A stretch of DNA of 64,000 nucleotides, from positions 52,514,001 through 52,578,000 of the forward strand of contig OZ024749.1 in the NCBI GenBank assembly GCA_964016885.1. The letters run 5' to 3'. This document shows positions 63,870 to 64,000 of the stretch, piece after piece. Source of the DNA: Eledone cirrhosa (taxonomy: Eukaryota). Under the pieces are notes generated by a model. That model was not told where the DNA came from, made no database searches, and was given only the letters and a program-made list of their open reading frames with translations. The stretch's first letter is position 1. Every line of letters starts with the position of its first letter. A program made the translations under genes and the position numbers.

Positions 63870-63969
63870 ATGTCCCAAAAAAATGTAGACACGCTTCGAA
63901 TACCTGTACAGGCAATAGTTCTTAGAATGCTGTTGAAGTGTGTATATATATTTTTGGAGACACCCTGTA
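63870..63969. mobile_element. degenerate short Tc1/mariner-like MITE
   Basis: TGTCCCAAAAAAATGTAGACACGCTTC vs GAAGTGTGTATATATTTTTGGAGACACCCTGTA imperfect inverted ends. Confidence 0.55.
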
Positions 63970-64000
63970 CATATATATATATATATGTATAAGAAAGTGC

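Overview
AT-rich, microsatellite-saturated eukaryotic DNA. The SINE/LINE repertoire resembles that of an octopod cephalopod (Octopus-like); this is inferred from remembered repeat families, not from a search. There is a 200-N assembly gap at 25276-25475. Only one host protein-coding gene is well supported: a two-coding-exon, N-terminally membrane-anchored, NADP(H)-type short-chain dehydrogenase of the RDH11/12/13/14 group (52035-52402 + 54573-55215, 336 aa). Almost every other long ORF in the track is an artefact of tandem repeats. The rest is retroelement debris (two RTE-clade LINE families, CR1 and CRE 3' ends, at least three tRNA-derived SINE types), MITEs and over 20 minisatellites. Four things stand out. 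(1) Several short elements lodged in (TA)n tracts carry hammerhead-ribozyme folds; one is near-perfect and minimal (22619-22666), and some have inverted terminal duplications like Penelope-like pseudo-LTRs or retrozymes. (2) Fold-back palindromes recur, centred on TA tracts. (3) Several minisatellites are visibly born inside SINEs/LINEs, and one array has a hairpin micro-inversion fixed across it. (4) A CpG-rich, RFX X-box-like promoter with a splice donor hints at an unannotated minus-strand gene with small exons.
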